Assembly: GCA_963716725.1 (NCBI GenBank)
Contig: CAVQUB010000005.1
Location: 320,001-384,000 of the forward strand
Source of the DNA: an uncultured delta proteobacterium
GTDB lineage: Bacteria; Myxococcota_A; Polyangia; Polyangiales; Polyangiaceae
Length of the DNA: 64,000 nucleotides
Direction of reading: 5' to 3'
Notes under the pieces: generated by a model
Told to the model about the DNA's origin: nothing
Seen by the model: the letters and a program-made list of their open reading frames with translations, nothing else
The model's database searches: none
Shown here: one piece after another, positions 50,920-60,452 of the stretch
Numbering within the stretch: the stretch's first letter is position 1
Layout: each line of letters begins with the position of its first letter
Position numbers and translations under genes: made by a program

Positions 50920-51321
50920 TCAGGAATTCGTCGAGACATGGCGCCCGAGGCGTGGACTTCTCCGAGAGGTACTGAGTCGACGCGCGACCATCGCGAGCGT
51001 GACGGCGATCATGATCACGCCCACGCCTCCTGCGCCCGCCGCGCCCAGGATTACGGTGACGGTGCGATCGGTGACGTCGCTCACCCGGCCGTCGATCTCG
51101 CACAGCACACGATGATCCGTTCCGTGCTGGCCGGGCTTATACGAGTACTTTTGCTTCGAGATCCGAACCTGGCCCGAGCATACCTGCTCACCTGCCGCGA
51201 CCAACGGGCCCCCCATCATCATCACGACGGCGGCAGCGGCGGCAAACAGCCCCAAGAGCACCGCGACGATGGCCAGCCCTGAAATCATCAGCGTTCGGAG
51301 ATTGACCTGTTGGGGTTGCAT
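50920..51321 (-). CDS. Small two-TM hypothetical protein
   Basis: Two hydrophobic helices flank a Cys-bounded loop containing YSYKPGQ. Confidence 0.55.
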   Translation of the reverse strand: MQPQQVNLRTLMISGLAIVAVLLGLFAAAAAVVMMMGGPLVAAGEQVCSGQVRISKQKYSYKPGQHGTDHRVLCEIDGRVSDVTDRTVTVILGAAGAGGVGVIMIAVTLAMVARRLSTSRRSPRLGRHVSTNS

Positions 51322-51650
51322 GAAGGCCTCAGTGTGAGATGGGACCGGTCGCGATCACGACTTCGTCGAAGTAGGTGGACTCGTCGTTGGTGGCAGCCCA
51401 CTCCGCGCCGCCACGATTCCGTCGCGCTGCCCGGGAGCGTTCATCACGAAGTGGTTGCACCCACTCACTCGGAGTGAAGACGCGCTGGCGCAAAGGGGAA
51501 GCGCAAAGGGGAAGTGGACTGTCAAAAGCTACCAGCAACGAACCTACACCCTGCCGTCGGAAGCGCACAATATGAACGTGTGGAACCAGCCTCTTCCGAC
51601 GCTGGCCCGGATGGATTGTGCTCGCGACCAGCGCCGAGCTAGCATCGACC

Positions 51651-52379
51651 ATGTTTAACGTTAGAATCTCGAGACCCATCTGGGCGTTCGTGCTGGTTTC
51701 CGCCGTGGGGTGTTCGGGTGAAGACGCGGCCGGTGGCACCGGCGGTTCAGCTGGCACCGGTGGTTCGGCTGGCACCGGTGGTTCAGCTGGCACCGGTGGT
51801 TCAGCTGGCACCGGTGGTTCGGCTGGCGCCGGTGGTTCAGCTGGCACCGGCGGAGCGGTTGGCACCGGCGGAGCGGTTGGCACCGGCGGAGCGGTTGGCA
51901 CCGGTGGTTCGGCTGGCACCGGTGGTTCGGCTGGCACCGGTGGTTCAGCTGGCGCCGGCCAGTCGGATGGCATCTGCAATACGCAGCCGAACATCGCGCC
52001 CTTCGTGCAGCCCATGAGCGTCGCCGGTACCCCCGACGCCCCGACAGGCGGCACCATCGTAGACGGTACGTACGTCGCCACCTCGGTTTCGAACTACGGG
52101 TTCGGCACAACGGGTCCGCTCGGGAATCCGATACGCCAAACCTGGGTGATCAGTGGGGGCAACACGATCCAGGGCGTGGACCGCTCAGAGAAGTCGGGTG
52201 ATCCAGACCGATCCTACACCCTGTCGTTCACGACCTCCGGAACGGGCTACACCCAGAGCATGAAGTGCCCGAGCGCCAACTCGCTTCCGCTGCTCTCCTT
52301 CACTGCGACGGCGACGGGGTTCACCCTGTTCCAGAGCTCGGGGAGCTACTCGGTGGCGCAGGTGTACACGAAGAAGTAG
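51651..52379 (+). CDS. Lipoprotein with GTGGSA tandem linker
   Basis: AVGC lipobox; PTGGTIVDGTY motif after the linker. Confidence 0.75.
   Translation: MFNVRISRPIWAFVLVSAVGCSGEDAAGGTGGSAGTGGSAGTGGSAGTGGSAGTGGSAGAGGSAGTGGAVGTGGAVGTGGAVGTGGSAGTGGSAGTGGSAGAGQSDGICNTQPNIAPFVQPMSVAGTPDAPTGGTIVDGTYVATSVSNYGFGTTGPLGNPIRQTWVISGGNTIQGVDRSEKSGDPDRSYTLSFTTSGTGYTQSMKCPSANSLPLLSFTATATGFTLFQSSGSYSVAQVYTKK
51735..51950 (+). repeat. 18-bp tandem repeat, 12 copies
   Basis: ggcaccggtggttc(a/g)gct units with ggcaccggcggagcggtt variants. Confidence 0.95.
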
Positions 52380-52604
52380 CGAAGTCGCTCGCCCGGCTCA
52401 TTCGTCGGCCTCGTCCTCCACCGTCTCCTGCGCCTGGTCCACCCACGAGTGGTCGGTGAAGTCATCGTCGACCTTCGCGGCCTTCTTCCCGGCGTCACCG
52501 CCCGGGTCGACCGCGTCGGTGGCTAGCCAAACCAAACCTGTTGGGCGTGGCCAGGCGAGTGGAGCGCTGGGCAAGAAGTCGACAAATGCAACGTCTTGGG
52601 TCCG

Positions 52605-53705
52605 TCACGGAGGGGATTTGGGACTCCGTGGCGCGCCGAAGTACCGAGCCAGCGCCCGCGCCGCAACGGGATACATCGCCAGTTGCGCGCAGTGATCGCG
52701 CTTGCCACCACCCGCGTAGCCGCGCAAATGGAAGTTTCCGCGATCGAAGAGCTCGATCAGCCGGAGGCCGAGCGCATCTTCGCGCTCGACGGCCAGTGGT
52801 TTTCCGCCGAGCTCCGACGCCAAGAAGTGCATCGTCTCGGTCGTGGACGCGTAGGTGTCCGTGTCGACCGACGAGTGACTCACGAACATGAAGGCTTTGC
52901 CGTCGGCAGCCCGCTCGGCGAAGCGCAAGAAGGGGCCGAGCTGCTTGGGCATCATGGCGGGGTCTCGTGAGCAGTGCAGACCGTCCAGCAAGACGACCGC
53001 ATCGACGCGATCGCGGGACGCCGAGCGCTCGAGGAGCACGCCGATCGCGTCGTAGCCGCCGCTCCACGCGGCGAGCGCAACATGTCGAGCGCGCGCCGGG
53101 CGCCCCGCCGTCTTCGAAGCGACCTGCTCCACTGCGGCGAGCAGTTGGTCCAGGGACTCCGGTCCGCCGAACTCCCCGCGATAGTCCGTCAGCGTCGTGC
53201 CATAGAGCACGAGGGGAACCTCGGCCTCCGCCAGCATGGTCCAGGCTACGTCGTGGCCGTGGAAGATCAGCATGGCGTCGAAGGCGCCGCTCGAGTCGAA
53301 CGCCGAGGGCTCCGGAAACGCCACGTAGCCGCGAGCCGCGATCGACTGCCAAGCACCGAACGCCGATCGCTTTGCCTTGGGCAGCGCGCAAGGGTCGACT
53401 CCCCCGCGTTCCTCTGCCGTGCGCTCGTGGCGGTAGGCTGGATCTGGGCGGGCGGCCACCCAACTCGTGTCGTCCACTGCGCGAGCCGCCGTACCGTGGA
53501 ACGCTGCGTCCCTCGGGCCCAACGCGAACGCAGGTCGCTCCGGAGTCAGTGCATCTTGCACGACGCGTGTCTCCGTCGCGAGCGCGCGCACGCCGCGCCC
53601 GAGCACCAAGGGGATGGGGCGCACGGGACGCTGGAGCCAGGCGACGGCGCCAAGCACGGCACACGCCGCAAGAAGACCGGCGGCAAGAGAGCTGGAGCGA
53701 GCCAT
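52605..53705 (-). CDS. Alpha/beta-hydrolase-fold exported protein
   Basis: IFHG, AWSGG, LLDGLH and DHCAQ motifs; N-terminal TM helix. Confidence 0.65.
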   Translation of the reverse strand: MARSSSLAAGLLAACAVLGAVAWLQRPVRPIPLVLGRGVRALATETRVVQDALTPERPAFALGPRDAAFHGTAARAVDDTSWVAARPDPAYRHERTAEERGGVDPCALPKAKRSAFGAWQSIAARGYVAFPEPSAFDSSGAFDAMLIFHGHDVAWTMLAEAEVPLVLYGTTLTDYRGEFGGPESLDQLLAAVEQVASKTAGRPARARHVALAAWSGGYDAIGVLLERSASRDRVDAVVLLDGLHCSRDPAMMPKQLGPFLRFAERAADGKAFMFVSHSSVDTDTYASTTETMHFLASELGGKPLAVEREDALGLRLIELFDRGNFHLRGYAGGGKRDHCAQLAMYPVAARALARYFGAPRSPKSPP

Positions 53706-53770
53706 GTGCCTGCGCGGACGTTAACACGCGCCGGGCGTGCGCCGAATGCGCGACGTCATCCGATGCGGCT

Positions 53771-54030
53771 TCACCGCTCGCTCGCCTGGTAGGCGAGGGC
53801 GGCGTGGGATCGCCGTGGGCTGCCACGCACGAGCTGACCCGCAACCAGGGCCGCCGCCACGGTACCGCGCCGGTCGAGCGCGCGCTCCACGTCCTCGATC
53901 AACGCCTCGCTCACGTTGCGATCGTCGTAGAACGCCTGCGCGATCTTGTCCTCGGATCGCTCGGCGTAGAACGCGCCGAACAGCATCTCCCCGAGCCCCG
54001 TGCCCTCGTCGAGGTAGCGCACCCCTCGTG
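53771..54030 (-). pseudogene. Internal fragment of a probable hydrolase gene
   Basis: GEMLFGAFYAERSEDKIAQAFYD...VERALDRRGT is protein-like but has no credible start or end; lies at the island border. Confidence 0.35.
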
Positions 54031-54265
54031 AACGACGCAGCGCCCATTCGCCAACACTCTGGCCAGGACGCGATGAACCCACCTGACGACTACCGTGAGC
54101 ACGCCGCAGTTCTCTGCCCCGACACCGGCCAGTTCAAGTCTTGTTCGGCGCGGATTGCGGAGCGGTAGAATGGCACTTGGCGACTCCTCGCAGACCACCA
54201 CCGCTGGCCCAATACACGTCGCCCGCACTGCACACACATGACCGGAGCCGAGATCCGCAGCGCAC

Positions 54266-54685
54266 ATGAAATGCAAGTCCCCCCTCGCGAAGCAGTGGTT
54301 CGAAATTGAGCGTGTCCTCGCGCCGGCTGTGCGCCGCGAGCAGCACACCGACTCGCGCCCCTCGGTGGATTGGGGTCACATCGATCGCCACGTGCGACTG
54401 GGTGCTCTCGCCATTGGCTGTGCCATGCTCGAGGATGCCGGTCGGAAGGGGGTGGACGAACATGTCGACGTGCTCTTCGAGATCCGGAATGCCCTCATTC
54501 ACAACGCTGGGGACCTTGCGAAGAACAGGAATTCAAGAGCGGTGGACATGGCTCGGACGTATCTTCGAGAGGCCCGCCACAGCTCGCTTTCGACGAACAT
54601 TCCAGCGGCGTTCTTCAGCCTAACCGGCACCGTCGTCACGCTCCAAGCGAACGTGTTCCTCGCACTTCGGATATGCATGCTGTAG
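54266..54685 (+). CDS. Small HEPN-motif protein
   Basis: EIRNALIHNAG matches R-x4-H; codon usage less GC-biased than the flanking core genes. Confidence 0.55.
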   Translation: MKCKSPLAKQWFEIERVLAPAVRREQHTDSRPSVDWGHIDRHVRLGALAIGCAMLEDAGRKGVDEHVDVLFEIRNALIHNAGDLAKNRNSRAVDMARTYLREARHSSLSTNIPAAFFSLTGTVVTLQANVFLALRICML

Positions 54686-54708
54686 GCCGCAAGCTCACTA
54701 GGCTCCAC

Positions 54709-55869
54709 ATGGCCATCGACGTCCTCGCCCCGGAATCCGACTTCATCACCGCGTTGACCACAGCATCCGAGTTTCGGAGAGGGCTAGTCCGCGACGGCCA
54801 CGCCGCCGCTTCTCCCGCCGACGCGTTACTGGCGAGCCGCTCGAGTCTCGCGTTGCTGGTAAACACTCTCTTTTGGACGAGCGTTGCCGCCGAGGAGGGG
54901 CGTCCAGTGGTCGGGTCGCTCTGCATTTGCTCACCCGCAGAAGCTCCCCGTTCGCGAGCCTTTGATTCCGCCGTGGCCCTCACATCAAGGAATTTGATCG
55001 CGCTCCTGACGGCATCTCCGGAAGCTCCCCTGGCAGTCCACTTGGAAGGCAAAGACCTGCAGGTCTGGGGCGTTCTCGACTCGAGAACCTTGGGTGGCGT
55101 CAGTCTTCGCATAGGTGGACCTGGGACCATCGTTGCCCTCAAGGATCGAGCAACCGTTGCGCTGCTCCACGAGGGCTGTGTGCACGTTCTCGGAGGGCTC
55201 CCCCACGAGAGCACCGGCCTCGCCCTTCTCTTGATGAATACCCTTGACCCAAAGAACTCGTTTCCGGAGCGGCTGCGACTGGCGAGCAGTCTGACCAAGG
55301 CCGTCGTCGCGATGCACGGTCACCATCATGGGGGAGCCATCGTTATCACTCCCGTGGGAGGCGACGACTGGCGCGAGTCCGTAGACCTGCGCTTCGCCTT
55401 CGCTCCCGCATCGACTCGCGCGCTCGCGGATCCCCCATCGGATCTCGAGCAAGCCAGGTCGGCCGGGAACGCCTGGGTGGCGGATGTCAACGTGGTGGAT
55501 GCCAATCTCGCGATGCTCCACAAGACGCTTCGAGCCGTTGGCCAGCTCACGGCGATCGACGGCGCTGTAGTGTTGACGGAGGATCTCGTCGTGCTCGGCT
55601 TTGGCGCCAAACTCAACTGCCCGGCCGCGAATTTCACGGTGTCTCGGTTCAACGCGACCACTCAAGAACTGCGGCAACACCGCCCCATCTCCGAGGTGGG
55701 TGGAACGAGGCACCAATCCGCGGCGCGCTTCGTTCAAAGGCACCACGAATGCGCCGTGGTGGCCTCATCTCAGGACGGACGATTGACCCTGTTTGCGTGG
55801 GTTCGCGATCCTGGCAACGTTGTTGCGCTCTCCGGACTCGAGCATTTCGTCTGGGGGGAGTTGCTCTAG
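54709..55869 (+). CDS. DisA_N/DAC-fold nucleotide cyclase-like protein with N-terminal sensor-like (DACNV-type) domain
   Basis: FWTSVAAEEGRP, HGGAIVI, LTAIDGAVVL (DGA), GGTRHQSAARF (RHx) and SQDG motifs. Confidence 0.75.
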   Translation: MAIDVLAPESDFITALTTASEFRRGLVRDGHAAASPADALLASRSSLALLVNTLFWTSVAAEEGRPVVGSLCICSPAEAPRSRAFDSAVALTSRNLIALLTASPEAPLAVHLEGKDLQVWGVLDSRTLGGVSLRIGGPGTIVALKDRATVALLHEGCVHVLGGLPHESTGLALLLMNTLDPKNSFPERLRLASSLTKAVVAMHGHHHGGAIVITPVGGDDWRESVDLRFAFAPASTRALADPPSDLEQARSAGNAWVADVNVVDANLAMLHKTLRAVGQLTAIDGAVVLTEDLVVLGFGAKLNCPAANFTVSRFNATTQELRQHRPISEVGGTRHQSAARFVQRHHECAVVASSQDGRLTLFAWVRDPGNVVALSGLEHFVWGELL

Positions 55870-56328
55870 CCGCCGAACGTGGAGTTTGCCCCACGACGGC
55901 GCTCGATCGCTTCGCTCAGCCCGGAATTCGCGGGACATCACCGGCATCGTAGGTTGCCGAGCATGGCACTGCGATGTGGGGCAACACTCACGATGCTTGT
56001 TGCCGCACTGCCCAGTTGCTGTTCGAGTCCGCCCGACGACGTCGACTCCAACGACGCGGCCGTGATCAGCGACTCCTCGTCGGGCGACGTTGCCGTCGAC
56101 TCGGAGGCGGGCGGCGCAGCGGGCTGTCCCTCCCCCATGCAGTCCCGGCCAGAGACCGCGCGCCGTGCGCCACGGCGCACTTCTTCGAGCACGTTCGCTG
56201 GCGAACACCCACGCGTGGATCGGGCCGGAACCATCGGCGACAGATCGCTCACGGACGTTTGGCGGCCATCCCACAATCGTCGCCCGACCGGGCGCGAAGC
56301 ACCGCCAAACACGTCCGCGCGCTGCGCC

Positions 56329-56378
56329 GGTGGTCTCATTCTCGCGAGCAGGGGCGGGTCGTTTCTCGCAAGCGTCGA
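56329..56378. mobile_element. Possible IS-terminus remnant (IS21-like tandem subterminal repeats)
   Basis: ggtctcattctcgcgagc followed by ggtcgtttctcgcaagc; no transposase nearby. Confidence 0.3.
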
Positions 56379-56443
56379 AGCGGTGCGCGTTCGAGGCAAT
56401 CTCCTGCAGTGATCAGACACGCTACATGGCGGGGCCGCCAGCG

Positions 56444-56707
56444 CTACGCTTCGCCCGCAGGAGTCCCTGGTTTTGGGTTGCCCATCTTTGCCTGGACTGC
56501 AACGACTCGGGCGCGCGCATCGGCGTGACTGGGGTCTACCCGCAGCACGAGTTCGAACTCAGCGGCGGCGTCCGCGAACATCCCAATCTCCTGGTAAGCG
56601 ATCCCGAGATCGAAGTGGGTCGCAACGTCGTCGCTCCGCACCTGCTCCTTGATGCCCTGCTTGAACTGCTCGAACACGCTCTTCACGTCTAGCTCGTCGT
56701 TCGCCAC
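56444..56707 (-). CDS. Small TPR protein or fragment
   Basis: FEQFKQGI...DVATHFDLGIAYQEIGMFADAAAEF resembles a myxobacterial TPR C-terminus. Confidence 0.55.
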   Translation of the reverse strand: MANDELDVKSVFEQFKQGIKEQVRSDDVATHFDLGIAYQEIGMFADAAAEFELVLRVDPSHADARARVVAVQAKMGNPKPGTPAGEA

Positions 56708-56800
56708 AACCCGTAGTGTCGCACCAGCCCTTCGACTCGACCAGCGACCGCTCCGCTGTTCGACTTGCCGTTCCACCCGTCGAGCGCCGGTCTTCCCCCT

Positions 56801-56843
56801 CTCACCCGTCCTCCCCCTTCGACAACGCAAACGTGTGCCGCAC
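56801..56843 (-). repeat. Diverged duplicate of the phoU 3' end
   Basis: 23-bp identity ctcccccttcgacaacgcaaacg at 56811-56833 and 58894-58916; encodes VRHTFALSKGEDG-stop versus [16 protein letters not shown]. Confidence 0.85.
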
Positions 56844-56850
56844 CCGTGTT

Positions 56851-56920
56851 GCCCCCCCTCGCCGCCGCTGCGCGGCGTCGGTCCCCCCCAAATTCGCGCT
56901 GTCGCGCGAAAGGGGGGACG
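56851..56920. repeat. REP-like double hairpin
   Basis: cgccgc-tgc-gcggcg and tcccccc..ttcgcgc-tgtc-gcgcgaa.gggggga. Confidence 0.55.
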
Positions 56921-57165
56921 CGTTGCGCCGAGTTCGTTGGCGGCGTCGTCGAGCGCGTGCGTGCGTGCCCTGTGTTGCTCGCCCCGGCGCGCTGTGCGGG
57001 CCCCGCTCGTTGGCGCACGCTCTGCGCCACGCCGCCCGGTGACGTGAAGCGGAGTGCCGCGCGGGACCGCGAGTGCGCGCAGCAACGTGCCGCAGGCGGC
57101 GCGTCACAGATCGTGCGCCTGGGGTCGCGAAGCCCGCCCATCACGCCGGGTCTTCGGAGGAACCC

Positions 57166-57531
57166 ATGCTCGCTCGTCAACGCACGCAGCTCCGTCGTCA
57201 GCAACTTCTCGCCCAGCGCGCCGCTGAGATGCGTGCGCAGCCCACCCGGTCGGAGGCCGCGCTCTGGGGAGCGCTACGCGCGCGCCGGTGTGGCGTAGAG
57301 GTGCGTCGGCAGGTGGTGCTCGGCGATGCGATCGCGGACTTCGTCGTGCCGTCGGCTCGCTTGGTCATCGAGGTCGATGGGGCGTCCCATCGCACGCGGG
57401 GTGGGGCGGATGCCGCGCGGGACCGCAAGCTCGCGAGGCTCGGCTACCGCGTGCTCCGGCTCGACGCCGAGCTCGTCGAGCGCGCGTTGCCAGAGGCGCT
57501 GGCGTGGGTGCGGGAGGCGCTGGGCGTCTGA
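57166..57531 (+). CDS. DUF559 / Vsr-like endonuclease domain protein
   Basis: ggagg RBS; MRAQPTRSEAALW, RRQ, IADF, LVIEVDGASH and D..RD..L..LGYRVLR. Confidence 0.85.
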   Translation: MLARQRTQLRRQQLLAQRAAEMRAQPTRSEAALWGALRARRCGVEVRRQVVLGDAIADFVVPSARLVIEVDGASHRTRGGADAARDRKLARLGYRVLRLDAELVERALPEALAWVREALGV

Positions 57532-57637
57532 GCTAGCGCCCGCGGCCGTGTCTGCCGCTGCTCGCCGTCTGCTATTATCGCTATCGCCATCGGCGTTCGA
57601 GGGAGAACGCCAGCCAGGCGGACCATCTGGAGTTGAC

Positions 57638-58426
57638 ATGTTGGTGTTCGAAATCGTGACCCCGGGAACTCGGTTGGATTACGCCGACCGCGCTTGGTCG
57701 TGGAACGTCCAGAATCAACTTCAACTGCTCGAATCACAGTTTTTTGAAGCGAACGCCGCGCTCAATCTGTTCATCGACACGCAGGCCATCCGTCCATCGT
57801 TTGCGCGACAAGACACATGGGAGCGTGACTCGCAACGCCGCGCAGAACTCCAACGTCAGGTCGAAGCGGAACGCGGCGGACTGGGCTCCCACGAACACCG
57901 GGACGAGATGCGTTTTGAGGTCGAACTGCGACTCAAACGCGACAAGTGGGCGAATGGTGGCCTGCCTCGCGAGTTCGAACATAATTTGCCGTTTATCTAC
58001 GCGCGCGCCTTTCTATATGCGCTCGATGTATTCGACAAGGTTCTCGGCGTGCTCGCACAACAATCTGGCGTGCCCACGGACCTCGCAGAGTTTCATGAGC
58101 AGGTCGCGCTAGATTTCCCCAACCTTCGGGGTGTACGCAACACCATGCAACACCTTGAGGATCGCGCTCGTGGGCTGGGCGCAGGCAGGCCCCCGCAGCC
58201 CCTCGATCTAAAGCCGATCGCGAGCAAAGTTATTAGTGCGCCGAGCGGAGGAGCGCTCGTCCTGAACTGCCTGAACGGCACGAAGTATTCTTGCACGATG
58301 TCGGACGGCCACCTTGGCGAGGTTGACGTGTCGCCGGAATCCATGCGGCGTCTCCAATCGATTCTGGAGGGTGTCCTAAAAGCGTTCAAGTGGCGTGGTC
58401 CCAAGCAACACGCACCGGGTACTTGA
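57638..58426 (+). CDS. Hypothetical protein with HEPN-like motif, probable gene cassette
   Basis: LRGVRNTMQHLED matches R-x4-H; atypical codon usage; followed by an attC-like site. Confidence 0.65.
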   Translation: MLVFEIVTPGTRLDYADRAWSWNVQNQLQLLESQFFEANAALNLFIDTQAIRPSFARQDTWERDSQRRAELQRQVEAERGGLGSHEHRDEMRFEVELRLKRDKWANGGLPREFEHNLPFIYARAFLYALDVFDKVLGVLAQQSGVPTDLAEFHEQVALDFPNLRGVRNTMQHLEDRARGLGAGRPPQPLDLKPIASKVISAPSGGALVLNCLNGTKYSCTMSDGHLGEVDVSPESMRRLQSILEGVLKAFKWRGPKQHAPGT

Positions 58427-58465
58427 ACCGAGGACGGCCACGCCGCACCTGCAATGCCGCAAGCC

Positions 58466-58647
58466 GCCTAACATTGATTGCAGGAGTCGGGCGCGTGCCA
58501 GGTGTTCTGTTGATGCCTTCCGCCTGGCGCGCGGGGTTCTGCATCGAGCATCGTACGATGCGTTCGACGCAGCCCGGGCGCCCGCTGCGTGACAGCATCT
58601 AGAAAGGTTGTGCCTGGCGCCCGCTGCTGAACGCCAGGTCGTTGGGC
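58466..58647 (+). mobile_element. Integron attC-like site
   Basis: GCCTAAC (RYYYAAC) to GTTGGGC (GTTRRRY); inner ttgcaggagtcgggcgc pairs imperfectly with gcgcccgctgctgaa; next ATG is 10 nt downstream. Long (182 bp) and degenerate. Confidence 0.6.
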
Positions 58648-58657
58648 GGACGACCAG

Positions 58658-58887
58658 ATGCTCTCTGCACGCGAGGCCGACCTCCTGCCCCCTAGTCATT
58701 GCATGAACCTCGGCCTTTGCCTCCTTACCGACGCCCAATCGCGCCTCAAGGAGAATCCCCCGGACAGAGTCACGGAGCTTGTTCACGCCGTGTTCGTCGC
58801 GGGGGGATTGGAATCATCAACCGCAGAGCGTCACCTTCACAGAAAGGTCACCGCCGTGGTCACCGCCGCATTTCGCGTCGGCGCTCC
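58658..58887 (+). pseudogene. Degenerate cassette ORF running into the phoU 3' end
   Basis: MLSAREAD...CMNLGLCL...AVFVAGGL...RHLHRKV...AAF directly after the attC-like site; no stop before phoU. Confidence 0.4.
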
Positions 58888-59583
58888 TCACCCCTCCCCC
58901 TTCGACAACGCAAACGCGTGTCTCACATCCTTGCCTCTCACCAGGAACACCACCATTTCGGCGATGTTGGTGGCGTGGTCGGCCACTCGCTCGAGGTACT
59001 TGGCGATGGATTGCAGACGGGTGGCGCGGAAGACGCTGCCGGAGTCCTTCATCATCAGCTGGAGCAGCTCGGGGAAGAGCTGCGCGTAGTAGGCGTCGAC
59101 TTGGCCGTCGCGCTCGATCACCTCTTCGGCTTGCACGGTGTTGCCGGCGACGTAGGCGTCGAGGGCGTCGTGCAGCATGGCGAGGGCCGCTTCGGCGATC
59201 CGCGTGACGCTCTGGGTCGCGGGCAGCGGGGGCTCGGCAGAGAGCTCGACCACACGCTCGCAGATGTTGACGCCGAGATCGCCGATGCGCTCGAGATCGG
59301 TCACGAGCTTCATGGTGGTGGTGATGAAGCGCAGATCGCTGGCGACCGGCTGGCGTCGGGCCAGGATGCGGAGGCACAGCTGGTCGATGTCGAGCTCGAG
59401 CTGATCGATCTGTCGATCGATGCCGATGGTCGCGTTGGCGGCGGCGGCGTCGCGGTCGACGAAGGCGCGCATCGCCTGGGAGAGCAGCGCTTCGGTGCGA
59501 GCGCCCATCAGCAGCAGGCGCTCCTTCAACTTCTCGAGCTCGGCCTCGTACTCGCGATCGGTGTGTTTCTGTAGCGTGCTCAT
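58888..59583 (-). CDS. phoU: Phosphate signalling protein PhoU
   Basis: [16 protein letters not shown] and [13 protein letters not shown]. Confidence 0.95.
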   Translation of the reverse strand: MSTLQKHTDREYEAELEKLKERLLLMGARTEALLSQAMRAFVDRDAAAANATIGIDRQIDQLELDIDQLCLRILARRQPVASDLRFITTTMKLVTDLERIGDLGVNICERVVELSAEPPLPATQSVTRIAEAALAMLHDALDAYVAGNTVQAEEVIERDGQVDAYYAQLFPELLQLMMKDSGSVFRATRLQSIAKYLERVADHATNIAEMVVFLVRGKDVRHAFALSKGEG

Positions 59584-60452
59584 CCAAACCGCCCCGTGAT
59601 GTAGTCCTCGGTCTTCTTCTCGCTCGGCCCCGTGAAAATCACGTCCGTGCGGTCGTATTCCACCAGCTCACCCAAGTAGAAGAACGCCGTGAAGTCGGCG
59701 ACGCGGGCCGCCTGCTGCATGTTGTGGGTGACGATCACGATCGTGTAGCGCTCGCGCAGCTCGTGGATCAGCTCTTCGACCCGCGCCGTAGCGATGGGAT
59801 CGAGGGCCGAGCAGGGCTCGTCCATCAGCAGGACCTCGGGCTCGAGGGCCAGGGAGCGAGCGATGCACAGGCGCTGCTGCTGGCCGCCGCTCAGGCTGGT
59901 GCCGGCGCGGCCGAGCACGTCCTTCACCTCGTCCCAGAGCGCGACTTGCCGCAGCGTGCGCTCCACCAGCTCGTTCGGATCCTTGGGGCGGATGCCGTTG
60001 AGCTTCAAACCGGCCAGCACGTTCTCCCGGATGGTCATGGTCGGGAAGGGGTTGGGCTTCTGGAACACCATGCCCACCCGACGCCGCACCCGGACCGGGT
60101 CGACGTCTTTTGCGTAGATGTCCTGGTGATCGAGCCAGACCCTGCCGGTGACCCGGGCGCCGCCCACGACCTCGTGCATTCGGTTCAGGCAGCGGATGAA
60201 GGTCGACTTGCCGCAGCCCGATGGCCCGATGATGGCGGTGACCGTCTTGGCTTCGACCGGCAAGGTCACGCCCTTCAGGACCTCGGTTGTACCGAAGTAC
60301 GCCTTCAGCGCCTCTGCACGCAGCTTTGGTAGATTGGAGCTCGGTGGTGTGCTGGGCCGGGCGCGGGACGTCGCGGAGGCGCTCGGGACGGAGTCGCGCC
60401 TCGAGTGGGCGGGGCGAACCAAGGGGATCGAGGTGGGCAGAAGCTGAGTCAT
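59580..60452 (-). CDS. pstB: Phosphate ABC transporter ATPase
   Basis: [35 protein letters not shown] and YITGRFG; ATGA overlap with pstA. Confidence 0.96.
   Translation of the reverse strand: MTQLLPTSIPLVRPAHSRRDSVPSASATSRARPSTPPSSNLPKLRAEALKAYFGTTEVLKGVTLPVEAKTVTAIIGPSGCGKSTFIRCLNRMHEVVGGARVTGRVWLDHQDIYAKDVDPVRVRRRVGMVFQKPNPFPTMTIRENVLAGLKLNGIRPKDPNELVERTLRQVALWDEVKDVLGRAGTSLSGGQQQRLCIARSLALEPEVLLMDEPCSALDPIATARVEELIHELRERYTIVIVTHNMQQAARVADFTAFFYLGELVEYDRTDVIFTGPSEKKTEDYITGRFG

Noticed and set aside
55879..56412. ORF with a lipoprotein-like start (MALRCGATLTMLVAALPSCC)
   Set aside because: Degenerates into low-complexity sequence crossing attC-like and IS-end-like remnants; at most a fragment.
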